NCBI GenBank assembly: GCA_963793265.1
Contig: CAWBZI010000004.1
Span: 480,001-544,000, forward strand
DNA: 64,000 nucleotides
Origin: an uncultured cyanobacterium
GTDB lineage: Bacteria; Cyanobacteriota; Cyanobacteriia; Phormidesmidales; Phormidesmidaceae
Direction of reading: 5' to 3'
The notes beneath the pieces were generated by a model. It was not told where the DNA came from, made no database searches, and saw only the letters and a program-made list of their open reading frames with translations. The stretch's first letter is position 1; every line of letters begins with the position of its first letter. This document shows, piece by piece, positions 1 to 8,181 of the stretch. The position numbers were made by a program, and so were the translations under genes.

Positions 1-1158
1 GCCCACCATGGCGACGTCAGCCTGCTGGTAGATATCAATATCGGAGAAAAGGCGGTCAATATCGCTGGTTTCTTCGAATACAAAGTCGTTGAGGCTCAGC
101 TCGCCGCCGAATACTAGCGTAACAGTCGGGTTAGCTGGCTCTGCCACATCGCGATGCGGCACAACGGCCACGGTTTCTAAGGCAGCTTCAACGGTTCTAC
201 CGGAAAATCTGCTGGCCGGGCGAAAAGAAATGGCAGTCGCCCCGGAGAAGTCGTCCATTTCTTCGGCAAACCAGGGCGCAATGTTGTCTTCTGGGGCGAC
301 AACTACGCTAGAGAGACGGGTTGATAAAATGAGTTCGCTGAAGCCGCCGAAGAACAGCGCTGCGATCGCCCCGCCGCAAATCAGCATGGCGCGCACAAAA
401 TTAAACTGACTTTTCACAGCCTGGCGCGTTAGCTGACTCGATTTGGACTCGTGGGCCAACAGCGTGGACGCTCTGTTTGAAGCGACCTGAAGGGTTTGAG
501 ACTGCTTTTGCGCGCGCTCGGTGGCCGTTGGAATGCGAATGATCTTCTCCCAATCGGTCTTGCTAGCGCCTAGCGGACGAACAATCAGGTGAACGCCTTC
601 AATAATCTCTGAGTTGAGGTGGTAGAGGCGATCGCACACAAACCGACTCAGCCGCTTGGGCTCAGGGGCACGCTCAAACTCTACTAGAACCTTTAGACGA
701 CCAGGCACCTTGTCAGCGAGTACCTGAGCGTAGAGATCGTGATTGACCAATTGAGCGTTTAGCCAGTAGGCGATCGCCTGAAAATGCCCTTCAGATGCCA
801 TTTGCTGAAGGTTCAACAGCTCCGCACCCTCTACAGCGACTATCGGTTCAACATTATCTTCGACATTCTCAACTGTCGGTGGTGCTACAGCAGGTCTTTT
901 AAAAACTAGCTGACGATTGGGCTGAGCAAGTGGCGTAGGCAGACCGCTCGATTCTCTCGGCGCTGAGTGGGCCGCTTGAACGGGCTTCCTATGTGTTTCT
1001 ACAGGCTTGGCTCCGGTCGTAGACTGCTGACTGCGCTGCGCGGTTACCTTCGCCAGTATCTTGTCTAGCGATGACGATACGGCAGCAGCTTTTTGAGACA
1101 CGTCAGCCGCTGCGATTGAGGTCGCATAACCGGTTTCTTGTTGAGATGCGATCGCCAT
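1..1158 (-). CDS. CapA/PGA_cap-family membrane-anchored protein (partial, runs off left edge)
   Basis: Manually translated open frame from ATG 1158 to position 1 (not in ORF track): low-complexity N-terminus, QAIAYWLN domain, TM helix (MLICGGAIAALFFGG), then start of CapA fold TVTLVFGGE...ADVAMVG. Confidence 0.75.
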   Translation of the reverse strand, partial: MAIASQQETGYATSIAAADVSQKAAAVSSSLDKILAKVTAQRSQQSTTGAKPVETHRKPVQAAHSAPRESSGLPTPLAQPNRQLVFKRPAVAPPTVENVEDNVEPIVAVEGAELLNLQQMASEGHFQAIAYWLNAQLVNHDLYAQVLADKVPGRLKVLVEFERAPEPKRLSRFVCDRLYHLNSEIIEGVHLIVRPLGASKTDWEKIIRIPTATERAQKQSQTLQVASNRASTLLAHESKSSQLTRQAVKSQFNFVRAMLICGGAIAALFFGGFSELILSTRLSSVVVAPEDNIAPWFAEEMDDFSGATAISFRPASRFSGRTVEAALETVAVVPHRDVAEPANPTVTLVFGGELSLNDFVFEETSDIDRLFSDIDIYQQADVAMVG

Positions 1159-1493
1159 TGATGGGCCCGTTCAAACTCGTTTTTAATGGGTGGCTTTATA
1201 TGGTTTGGCCCTTAAATATGGGTGAAAGTATAGAGCACAACACGCGCGCCTGGGTGCCTTCAACGATGCGATTAAGTTATATTCACCAGGCATTAACAGC
1301 ACTATCGGTTATCAGTGCATACACTGATACGCAGCGACTTTGCTTTCTCTAAAGGGCTTTTTCATATGGCTATCCACCTAGAAAAAGCTTACCCACTTTT
1401 ATTGATATTTCACATTCTCTTTATATTTGTGCTGACGAGTCTGTTCTGCTAGTTTGCTCAACTGAGCATAGGCCGATTGATCGCAGACGCTGG

Positions 1494-3038
1494 CTAAGGG
1501 TTCGCGCTCGGATAGGGCTCTTCTTCAAGCACACTTTCTGTAGCACTCTCAGACTCGCTACCAGATTCACCACCAGATTCGCTGTCAGGCTCATTATCAA
1601 TCTGCGGTTCACTGCTGGTTTCTTCAGCTGCGCTAGTGCCCAACGGCGTTACGGCTGGCTGAATGGCTTTGTCAGCTTGTTCGTAGGTAAGATCTGAAAT
1701 GCGGTGGATTAGCTCAACGGCTCTGTTGTCGTTACTGGGCCGCTCTACCAGAGCCGCTACGATATAGCGCTTGCCATTCGATAGGTCTACTAAGGCAACA
1801 TCGCCCAGTACTGACTCAATGTCACCAGTTTTGTTATAAGTCAGCGCTTCTTTTTCGACCATGCCTGCGGCCAACAGGCTTTTGTTGTAGGTGCGGTTGA
1901 GGATGTTGAGGATGCGATCGCGTGACTTCAGAGTGAGGCGATCACCGCTGATCAGCAGCATGGTATGCACCAAATCCTTTGCACTTGTCGTATTCGTGCC
2001 GGTCAAGTCAGGTAGCGGGCTATTTAGCGTCGTCTTTTGCAGGCCGTACTCTACAAATTTTGCATTGAGCTTGTCAGGGCCACCCAGCAGATCGATCATC
2101 ATATTGGTCGCTGTATTGTCGCTATTGACAATCATCTGGGTGGCGACCTCTAGCGCTGTAAACTGAGTGCCTGGCGAAGAGAACTGAATATCGCCCGAAC
2201 CCTCTGCAATTTGCTCTGGCAGTAGTGCAACCGTTTGATTAAAGGTCACCAGATCTTCGTCTATAGCATCAAAGAACGCTAGCAAAACCGGTAGCTTGAT
2301 GGTGCTTGCAGCGGCGATAGAACCTGTCCCTTCAAGATCAACGTAGTCACCAGATTCAACGTCGATATAGAAAGCTTTGGGCGTAAGCGAAGGATATAAA
2401 TTCGGGAGTTCTTGCATCGCTGTTTTAAGCGCCACATTTTCCTGGCCCAGGGTCATTGGAAATGTGGCACGTACTGGCTCAGGTGCGGTAATAGCTGCTT
2501 CTGAGATAGTCGATGTCGATGGCTTATCCGGCAGCGCTTTGAGTATCGTGCCGCCAATGACGGCAATCCCCAACCCGGCTACGGCCAAGCGGCCCATATA
2601 AAGCAGTGGAACTGGCGCTTTGCGTCTGACGTTTCGTCTGCGAGCTAAGCTGAGATTAGGCGGCGTTTTCTTCCCTGCTGGTGCACTAATCTTCGTGGGG
2701 TTGACGCCTGAAGTAGACTCGCCTGCTAGCTTGAGCGGTGGTGATTTGCGCGATCGCAGACGCTGGCGAGCTTGAGTAGACTCACCCCCTCTAAGGCTTC
2801 CTTTTGGGCCTCTTCTCGCCCTATTTTCACCTGATGCCTGGCCACCTAGACGCTTACGCTGCACTGATTCTCTGCGGCTCCTGCGGCTCGAAAGACTCGT
2901 GCTTTTATCCACATCAGCAAACACCTTGGAACGGGAACGGCTTCTGCGAATGGGCGTTTCTTTTGCCGTCGGCACACTTTGATCCGTTGGCTGCAAGGGG
3001 CCGTTTGAATTATTTTGCGTGCCGTTGGCATCTGTCAT
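1494..3038 (-). CDS. PBP-A-type serine hydrolase (class A beta-lactamase-like penicillin-binding protein)
   Basis: AASTIK (SxxK), SDN and KTG motifs; short omega loop PLPDL with Leu at the Glu166 position; basic N-tail plus TM helix. Confidence 0.88.
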   Translation of the reverse strand: MTDANGTQNNSNGPLQPTDQSVPTAKETPIRRSRSRSKVFADVDKSTSLSSRRSRRESVQRKRLGGQASGENRARRGPKGSLRGGESTQARQRLRSRKSPPLKLAGESTSGVNPTKISAPAGKKTPPNLSLARRRNVRRKAPVPLLYMGRLAVAGLGIAVIGGTILKALPDKPSTSTISEAAITAPEPVRATFPMTLGQENVALKTAMQELPNLYPSLTPKAFYIDVESGDYVDLEGTGSIAAASTIKLPVLLAFFDAIDEDLVTFNQTVALLPEQIAEGSGDIQFSSPGTQFTALEVATQMIVNSDNTATNMMIDLLGGPDKLNAKFVEYGLQKTTLNSPLPDLTGTNTTSAKDLVHTMLLISGDRLTLKSRDRILNILNRTYNKSLLAAGMVEKEALTYNKTGDIESVLGDVALVDLSNGKRYIVAALVERPSNDNRAVELIHRISDLTYEQADKAIQPAVTPLGTSAAEETSSEPQIDNEPDSESGGESGSESESATESVLEEEPYPSANP

Positions 3039-3060
3039 GGCTTCAAAACCTTTTGTTTGG

Positions 3061-3930
3061 TTAATGCTGGTTCGAGTTTGATATCGACCATTCCACCTGC
3101 CGAAGAATGCCCCTGAGCATCGTGACTTCGTGGGAGGAGGGCGCAGCGCGGTGTAATAGCTGTCTGAACTTACGCATCCGGCTCTGCTTGGTGTGTGGAT
3201 ACAAATATTCCACTTGCAGCAGCACTCGCTCTAAGTGCTGATAGTATCCCTCTAGCTCATCAAGTGATGCTTGATTTAATACGCTAAGTTCCGTTTGTTT
3301 ACCAGATAGCGGTGAGCTTCGTAAAGCCTTTTGATCAATTTCTTTTGGCTGCTGGCTAGCGCGATTTAGCTCGTAACAGCAGATAGCCACCGCCTGAGCT
3401 AAATTCAGAGCGCTGTAGCTGTCATCTGTCGGTACTTTAATAAACTGTTGAGCATAGGCAAGTTCCTCATTACTCAGCCCGCTGTCTTCTCGGCCAAAAA
3501 TTAAGGCTACGTCTTTAGGGCGATCAGCCTCAGAGGTCTTCGTCAAAGCTTCAGACTGAGTGAATAGGCTAGAGAAAACTGCTTCGGGAAGCTGTAAGGG
3601 CGCGTCGAATCCACGCTGGCGGGCGGTAGTTGCGATCGCCTGCCGACATCCCACCAAAGCTTCGGGCACTGAATTTACTTGCTTAGCCGCTTCGAGCACA
3701 TCTTTGGCATGGACGGCCATCTGCAACGCTTCACTGCCGAGCGGATCGCACTGAGGATTGACGAGCACTAGCTGCTGTATGCCAAAGTTTTTCATCACGC
3801 GCGCAATAGAGCCCACGTTGAGCGGGCCTGCTGGTGAGACGAGCACAATTCGCACGGTGCTCAAGAGGCTGCTTGAGGCGTCTTGGTCTGGCGTTTTCTG
3901 CTCTGGTGAAGAGGGCGTTGGTGAAGACAT
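3061..3930 (-). CDS. trmJ: TrmJ/LasT-family SPOUT RNA methyltransferase
   Basis: NVGSIARVMKNFG, FGREDSGLSNEEL, LNLAQAV motifs. Confidence 0.85.
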   Translation of the reverse strand: MSSPTPSSPEQKTPDQDASSSLLSTVRIVLVSPAGPLNVGSIARVMKNFGIQQLVLVNPQCDPLGSEALQMAVHAKDVLEAAKQVNSVPEALVGCRQAIATTARQRGFDAPLQLPEAVFSSLFTQSEALTKTSEADRPKDVALIFGREDSGLSNEELAYAQQFIKVPTDDSYSALNLAQAVAICCYELNRASQQPKEIDQKALRSSPLSGKQTELSVLNQASLDELEGYYQHLERVLLQVEYLYPHTKQSRMRKFRQLLHRAAPSSHEVTMLRGILRQVEWSISNSNQH

Positions 3931-3988
3931 GTTTTAGAGTTTAAATGAGTAGCCCCTTTTTGTTTCACCTCTTATTTATTTCAACGCT

Positions 3989-4150
3989 ATGGCCCGTCAA
4001 CGTGCAAAATCCGATCTGCCTACTAAAATTTGTCCGGTGTGCGGCAGGCCGTTTACCTGGCGAAAAAAATGGGAAAAGGTGTGGGACGAGGTGAAGTACT
4101 GCTCTGAGCGCTGTCGGCGTCGGCGTAATCAGGTAGAAAAAGAGTCTTAG
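3989..4150 (+). CDS. DUF2256 small Zn-finger-like protein (53 aa)
   Basis: Manual translation [46 protein letters not shown]...; below ORF-track cutoff. Confidence 0.9.
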   Translation: MARQRAKSDLPTKICPVCGRPFTWRKKWEKVWDEVKYCSERCRRRRNQVEKES

Positions 4151-4803
4151 AGCAAGGTTTGGATGTAGGGATCGGTGAAGTTCGCGATCGCCTTTATGGC
4201 CCCTACAGCCGTCAGCTCATCGGGCTCGTGAGTGGTGGTCATGCCGATGGTTTTGATGCCTGCGCCTACGGCTGAGCGGATACCTGCTGTGGAGTCTTCG
4301 AATGCGATCGCAGCTTCAGCTTCTATCCCAAGCCTATCTAAAGCCGTTTGATAGGGCAGCGGGTCGGGCTTCCCTCGGGGCAAATCATCTCCAATTACAA
4401 TGAATTCAAAAGCGTCGGTCAGGCCCAGTTCGCTCAACATAAAGTGAGCGTTTTCAGGAGGTGCGTTCGTGACGACAGCCACCACAATACCTTTCTTGGC
4501 AAGCTGTTTTAGCAAACTTAGAAGCCCTGGCAGAGGCGTCAGATTTCCCTTAGCCATCTCCCGAAAATTCTCCTCTTTTTTAGCGCTAAACGCCTCACCT
4601 TCTTCGGCAGAAAGCTGCGGTAGGAAGTCTGCTAAAATCGCTGCGTTTTGCCGTCCGCTAATTTTTTTGCGATAGATATCTCGATTCAAATCGATGCCTT
4701 TTTTCGCAAAAAAATCTTGAAAGACTCGAAAGTGAACCTTATCGCTATCTGTGAGGGTGCCATCGAGATCAAAGATCACGGCTTTAAGCTCAGCTTTAGT
4801 CAT
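4147..4803 (-). CDS. HAD-superfamily phosphatase (CbbY/beta-PGM-like)
   Basis: DLDGT motif I, TN motif II, KPDP, FEDS motif IV. Confidence 0.9.
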   Translation of the reverse strand: MTKAELKAVIFDLDGTLTDSDKVHFRVFQDFFAKKGIDLNRDIYRKKISGRQNAAILADFLPQLSAEEGEAFSAKKEENFREMAKGNLTPLPGLLSLLKQLAKKGIVVAVVTNAPPENAHFMLSELGLTDAFEFIVIGDDLPRGKPDPLPYQTALDRLGIEAEAAIAFEDSTAGIRSAVGAGIKTIGMTTTHEPDELTAVGAIKAIANFTDPYIQTLL

Positions 4804-4861
4804 CTCGCCTTGTCAACCCTTGCTCGCGCAATAAACCCTTACCATTGTGTCGCTGTGTGCC

Positions 4862-5032
4862 GTGATAGTCTAGTTATTCTTACGGGGAAAGTTCGGTGAA
4901 AAACCGGCGCTGTCCCGCAACTGTGATGGCGCAGGTAAATGCGTCCAAAGCCAGAATGCCCGTACGATCTATGGCCACATAAGCATAGATATTCTCTCAG
5001 ATACTTAAGCTCCATCTGCGCGGTACAGATGC
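4862..5032 (+). promoter_or_regulatory. Cobalamin riboswitch
   Basis: GGGGAAAGTTCGGTGAAAAACCGGCGCTGTCCCGCAACTGT core, B12-box AAGCCAGAATGCCC, P13-like hairpin CATCTG-CGCGGTA-CAGATG beside the RBS; upstream of hupE-cobW. Ends approximate. Confidence 0.93.
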
Positions 5033-5043
5033 AAGAGGTAATA

Positions 5044-5703
5044 ATGATCAATAGCAGTGTTTTAACCCGATTAGGCACGGTTCGCGGTGTCGCTACTGCC
5101 GCCGCCGTGAGCGGGCTTGCAACGCTAACCATAGCGGCCCCAGCCATGGCCCACCATCCATTCGGCGGCAGTGCGCCCAAAACCTTTTTTGAAGGCTTCG
5201 TTTCGGGTATCGGTCACCCTGTTTTAGGGTTTGACCATTTAGCATTTGTAATTGCAGTGGGTTTAGTTGCTGCCATTTTAGGACGTGGCGCTACCGTTAT
5301 GCTGACTTTTTTGCTGGCCGCTTTAACAGGCACAGGACTACATTTAGCAGGTATCACGCTACCGGCTGCTGAGCTGGTGATTTCGTTTTCTGTGCTGCTA
5401 TTTGGGCTTTTGGCGATTACGCAGCGATCGCTAAACACTTTTCTAGTCGTGGCGTTAGCTGCATTCGCAGGCGCGTTTCACGGCTACGCCTACGGTGAAG
5501 CCATTTTTGGCGCAGAGCCTACGCCTTTGGTGGCCTATTTAGTTGGATTTACGTTGGTGCAAGGGGTGATCGCAACAGCGGCCTACCTTCTCTCTCAACG
5601 CGCCATCAGCAAAGATCGCACGGTCGGCATTCTCTCCGTTCGTCAGGCTGGGTTTGCTGTCTGCGGCGCGGGAGCAATTCTCTTAGGCAATCTCTTCGCC
5701 TAG
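5044..5703 (+). CDS. hupE: HupE/UreJ-family cobalt/nickel transporter
   Basis: Signal peptide AMAHH, HPVLGFDHL, FHGYAYG; start moved to ATG 5044 (GAGG RBS) because the track start lies inside the riboswitch. Confidence 0.9.
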   Translation: MINSSVLTRLGTVRGVATAAAVSGLATLTIAAPAMAHHPFGGSAPKTFFEGFVSGIGHPVLGFDHLAFVIAVGLVAAILGRGATVMLTFLLAALTGTGLHLAGITLPAAELVISFSVLLFGLLAITQRSLNTFLVVALAAFAGAFHGYAYGEAIFGAEPTPLVAYLVGFTLVQGVIATAAYLLSQRAISKDRTVGILSVRQAGFAVCGAGAILLGNLFA

Positions 5704-5746
5704 ATTCTGTTTTATTTCGACTTGTTCTTTCTGACTTAAAAAAACC

Positions 5747-6793
5747 ATGAGTAAGCTTCCTGTTACGGTAGTCACTGGCTTTTTAGGAGCCGGTAAAACA
5801 ACGCTGGTTAGAAATCTGCTGCAAAACAATCAGGGCCGCCGAATTGCCGTTATTGTCAACGAATTTGGCGAAGTTGGGATTGATGGTGAGCTGTTGCGTG
5901 ACTGTCAGGTTTGCGATGAAGAGAGTGAAAGTTCATCTGCTGGCACACCGCAAAACAACATTTTAGAGCTGGCTAACGGCTGCTTGTGCTGCACCGTGCA
6001 AGAAGAGTTTTTGCCTACTATGCAGGCGCTAATCGAACGGCGTGATGAGATTGACTGTGTGGTGATCGAAACTTCTGGCTTAGCGCTGCCCAAGCCTTTG
6101 GTTCAAGCCTTTCGCTGGCCTGAGATTCGCACGAGTGCAACGGTTGATGGGGTGGTGACGGTCGTAGACTGTGAGGCTCTTGCTAAAGGCGAGCTAGTCG
6201 GTGACCTAGCAGCTTTAGAAGCGCAAAGACAGGCGGATGAAGAACTCGACCATGAAACGCCGATTGAGGAGCTGTTTGAAGATCAGCTCGGCTGCGCGGA
6301 TATGGTGCTACTTACGAAGACTGATCGAGTAAGTCCTGACGAATTGGGCAAGGTGAAAGACTGGCTAGCGCACGAGCTGTCAGGCGGCGTGAAAGTGGTG
6401 CCCTGTCAAAATGGCGAACTGAGCCCTGATGTACTGTTGGGCTTTAGCGCTGCGGTAGAAGATGACTTGGACAATCGGCATAGCCATCACGACCATGAAG
6501 CTGATCATGAGCACGATGATGACATAACTTCTATTCCACTCACGCTAGAGCAAGCGTTTGAGCCTAAAGCGCTAGTAGAAAAGCTAACAGCGCTGGTGAG
6601 TGAGCAGGAGATCTATCGGATTAAAGGGTTTGTCGCCGTGCCAAATAAGTCGATGCGCCTGGTATTGAACGGCGTGGGTAAACGGTTTGATTACTTTTAT
6701 GATCGGCCCTGGCGCGTGGATGAGCTGCGGCAAACAAAGCTAATTGTGATTGGGCATGAGCTAGTGCCGGAGAAGATTCGGGCGGCGCTGTAG
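5747..6793 (+). CDS. cobW: Cobalamin biosynthesis GTPase CobW
   Basis: GFLGAGKT, NEFG, GCLCC, ETSGLALP, His-rich linker; B12 riboswitch context. Confidence 0.93.
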   Translation: MSKLPVTVVTGFLGAGKTTLVRNLLQNNQGRRIAVIVNEFGEVGIDGELLRDCQVCDEESESSSAGTPQNNILELANGCLCCTVQEEFLPTMQALIERRDEIDCVVIETSGLALPKPLVQAFRWPEIRTSATVDGVVTVVDCEALAKGELVGDLAALEAQRQADEELDHETPIEELFEDQLGCADMVLLTKTDRVSPDELGKVKDWLAHELSGGVKVVPCQNGELSPDVLLGFSAAVEDDLDNRHSHHDHEADHEHDDDITSIPLTLEQAFEPKALVEKLTALVSEQEIYRIKGFVAVPNKSMRLVLNGVGKRFDYFYDRPWRVDELRQTKLIVIGHELVPEKIRAAL

Positions 6794-6824
6794 TGAACTT
6801 TGGGGGAGAGTAATTATCTTTCGG

Positions 6825-7679
6825 TTACGGGTGCTCAGATAGCCAATTTTCGAGATCTGCGATCGCTCCAAAATCCAAAAGCGCCTCTCCCAAACCCTCT
6901 AGCTGAGACGTGGAGAGCCGCTCAACTTCTGCTTCTAGCGCTGGCGTTAGAACGCCCACTTTCCTGTATAACTGCCTAACTACCAGCGCAAACTTACCTT
7001 CTTGCCGCCCTTCTTGCCGCCCTTCCTGCCGCCCTTCCTGCTTAATACTTTGATAGACGGAAGATTGCTCTAGTAAATCCATGCCAATAATCCTCTGAAT
7101 TAACGAATCGTCTTGTAGCACGAGCCCAGCTAATATAGCTGCCGATGCGCCGATGCTTTGCTGAATTTGGGGCTCTACAGTATCTCTAATTTTAGTCGCA
7201 ACTTGCTGTAGCGCAGCCGTTGGATCGTCAACTTTGCTCAGGATTGCAAAAGGTAAAAGTCCTGGTGACTGCAGAAACGCCTCAAAGGGTTGCTCCCACA
7301 AGCGGACGACCTCAAAAGTATGGGCGGTATTAGCTTTCTCAAAGCGGGTTTGATGTACCAGCTCTGACTGAGTGCGGCTGAGGTAGATGACAACTTGTCG
7401 AATATCTTTACGGCGGTGGATGCGATGGATGCGTACCCAGTAATCGAGCATTCTGAAGGGAATGTCTGGTTTGGGCTGCGTTTGAAATTCGATATGCAAA
7501 ATGTCATGGTCACCATTGGGCGGCTCAGACTGAAGCAGGAGGAGAGTATCTGCTCGGATGGGTTCTAGGGAGAGTTCAGAGGGGTTGAGCGTGGTGAGGG
7601 CGATGCGATCGCCCAGCAGCCAGTTGGCAAAGTCGGCAGAGTAGTTTTCGACTAGGAATTTACAGACGGGATCGTACAT
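6825..7679 (-). CDS. Rpn-family PD-(D/E)XK nuclease / putative transposase with C-terminal DUF4351-like domain
   Basis: EPIRAD, HIEFQT, FRMLDY, (EGRQ)n linker, QLEGLGEALLDF...LENWL tail. Confidence 0.88.
   Translation of the reverse strand: MYDPVCKFLVENYSADFANWLLGDRIALTTLNPSELSLEPIRADTLLLLQSEPPNGDHDILHIEFQTQPKPDIPFRMLDYWVRIHRIHRRKDIRQVVIYLSRTQSELVHQTRFEKANTAHTFEVVRLWEQPFEAFLQSPGLLPFAILSKVDDPTAALQQVATKIRDTVEPQIQQSIGASAAILAGLVLQDDSLIQRIIGMDLLEQSSVYQSIKQEGRQEGRQEGRQEGKFALVVRQLYRKVGVLTPALEAEVERLSTSQLEGLGEALLDFGAIADLENWLSEHP
6997..7041. repeat. 12-bp tandem repeat (about 3.75 copies) encoding EGRQ
   Basis: CCTTCTTGCCGC x2, CCTTCCTGCCGC, CCTTCCTGC. Confidence 0.95.
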
Positions 7680-7789
7680 GGCCAGATTCTACACTGCGGT
7701 GTGTTTAGACCATCCGAAGATAGGATTCTTGAAAGCCTTTTAGAATAGGGTGAGAAGCATAAGTTTTAGGCGATCGCACTTCATCTACT

Positions 7790-8149
7790 ATGACGTTCCC
7801 CACTCCTTTGCTCGATGCCAGACTAGCCAGAGAGAAAACTCAAAACGAGCAAATTCGCCAGCAGCTTGTTCAACAAACACTCGACTGGCTAACGGAAAAT
7901 GCTCAGCGCTATGGCGTGAAACGCGGCTACATCTTCGGATCGCTCACAATGCCAGATCGGTTTACCCAGCGCTCAGATATTGACTTGGCTGTAGAAACTC
8001 ATAAGACGGGCGATATTTGCGCGCTGATGGGCGGACTTTCTCAAATAGTGCTCCGAGATATTGATATGGTTCCTTTAGATCAGTGTCACTTTGCTGAGAA
8101 AATTCGCCGGACAGGCTTAGTATGGATAGCGAAAGAGTTGCCGGACTGA
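7790..8149 (+). CDS. Minimal nucleotidyltransferase (MNT/MntA-type antitoxin)
   Basis: FGS-x10-DID motif (FGSLTMPDRFTQRSDID), 119 aa. Confidence 0.85.
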   Translation: MTFPTPLLDARLAREKTQNEQIRQQLVQQTLDWLTENAQRYGVKRGYIFGSLTMPDRFTQRSDIDLAVETHKTGDICALMGGLSQIVLRDIDMVPLDQCHFAEKIRRTGLVWIAKELPD

Positions 8150-8181
8150 CGGCTGAAGTAAGAGAAAATTCGGATGAGTGA
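8122..8181 (+). pseudogene. Probable N-terminal stub of the HEPN/HepT-type toxin normally following MNT
   Basis: ATG overlaps MNT 3' end; [19 protein letters not shown] stops inside the trmFO start; position typical for MNT-HEPN operons. Confidence 0.4.

Noticed and set aside
89..409. 106-aa plus-strand ORF
   Set aside because: Antisense shadow of the capA-like gene
1071..1352. 93-aa plus-strand ORF
   Set aside because: Overlaps the capA-like start and promoter; no recognisable motif
4939..5043. 35-aa N-terminal extension of HupE in the ORF track
   Set aside because: Overlaps the riboswitch; RBS and signal peptide fit ATG 5044
6825..7679. Rpn gene as an insertion sequence
   Set aside because: No terminal inverted repeats or target duplication seen; PD-(D/E)XK rather than DDE motifs
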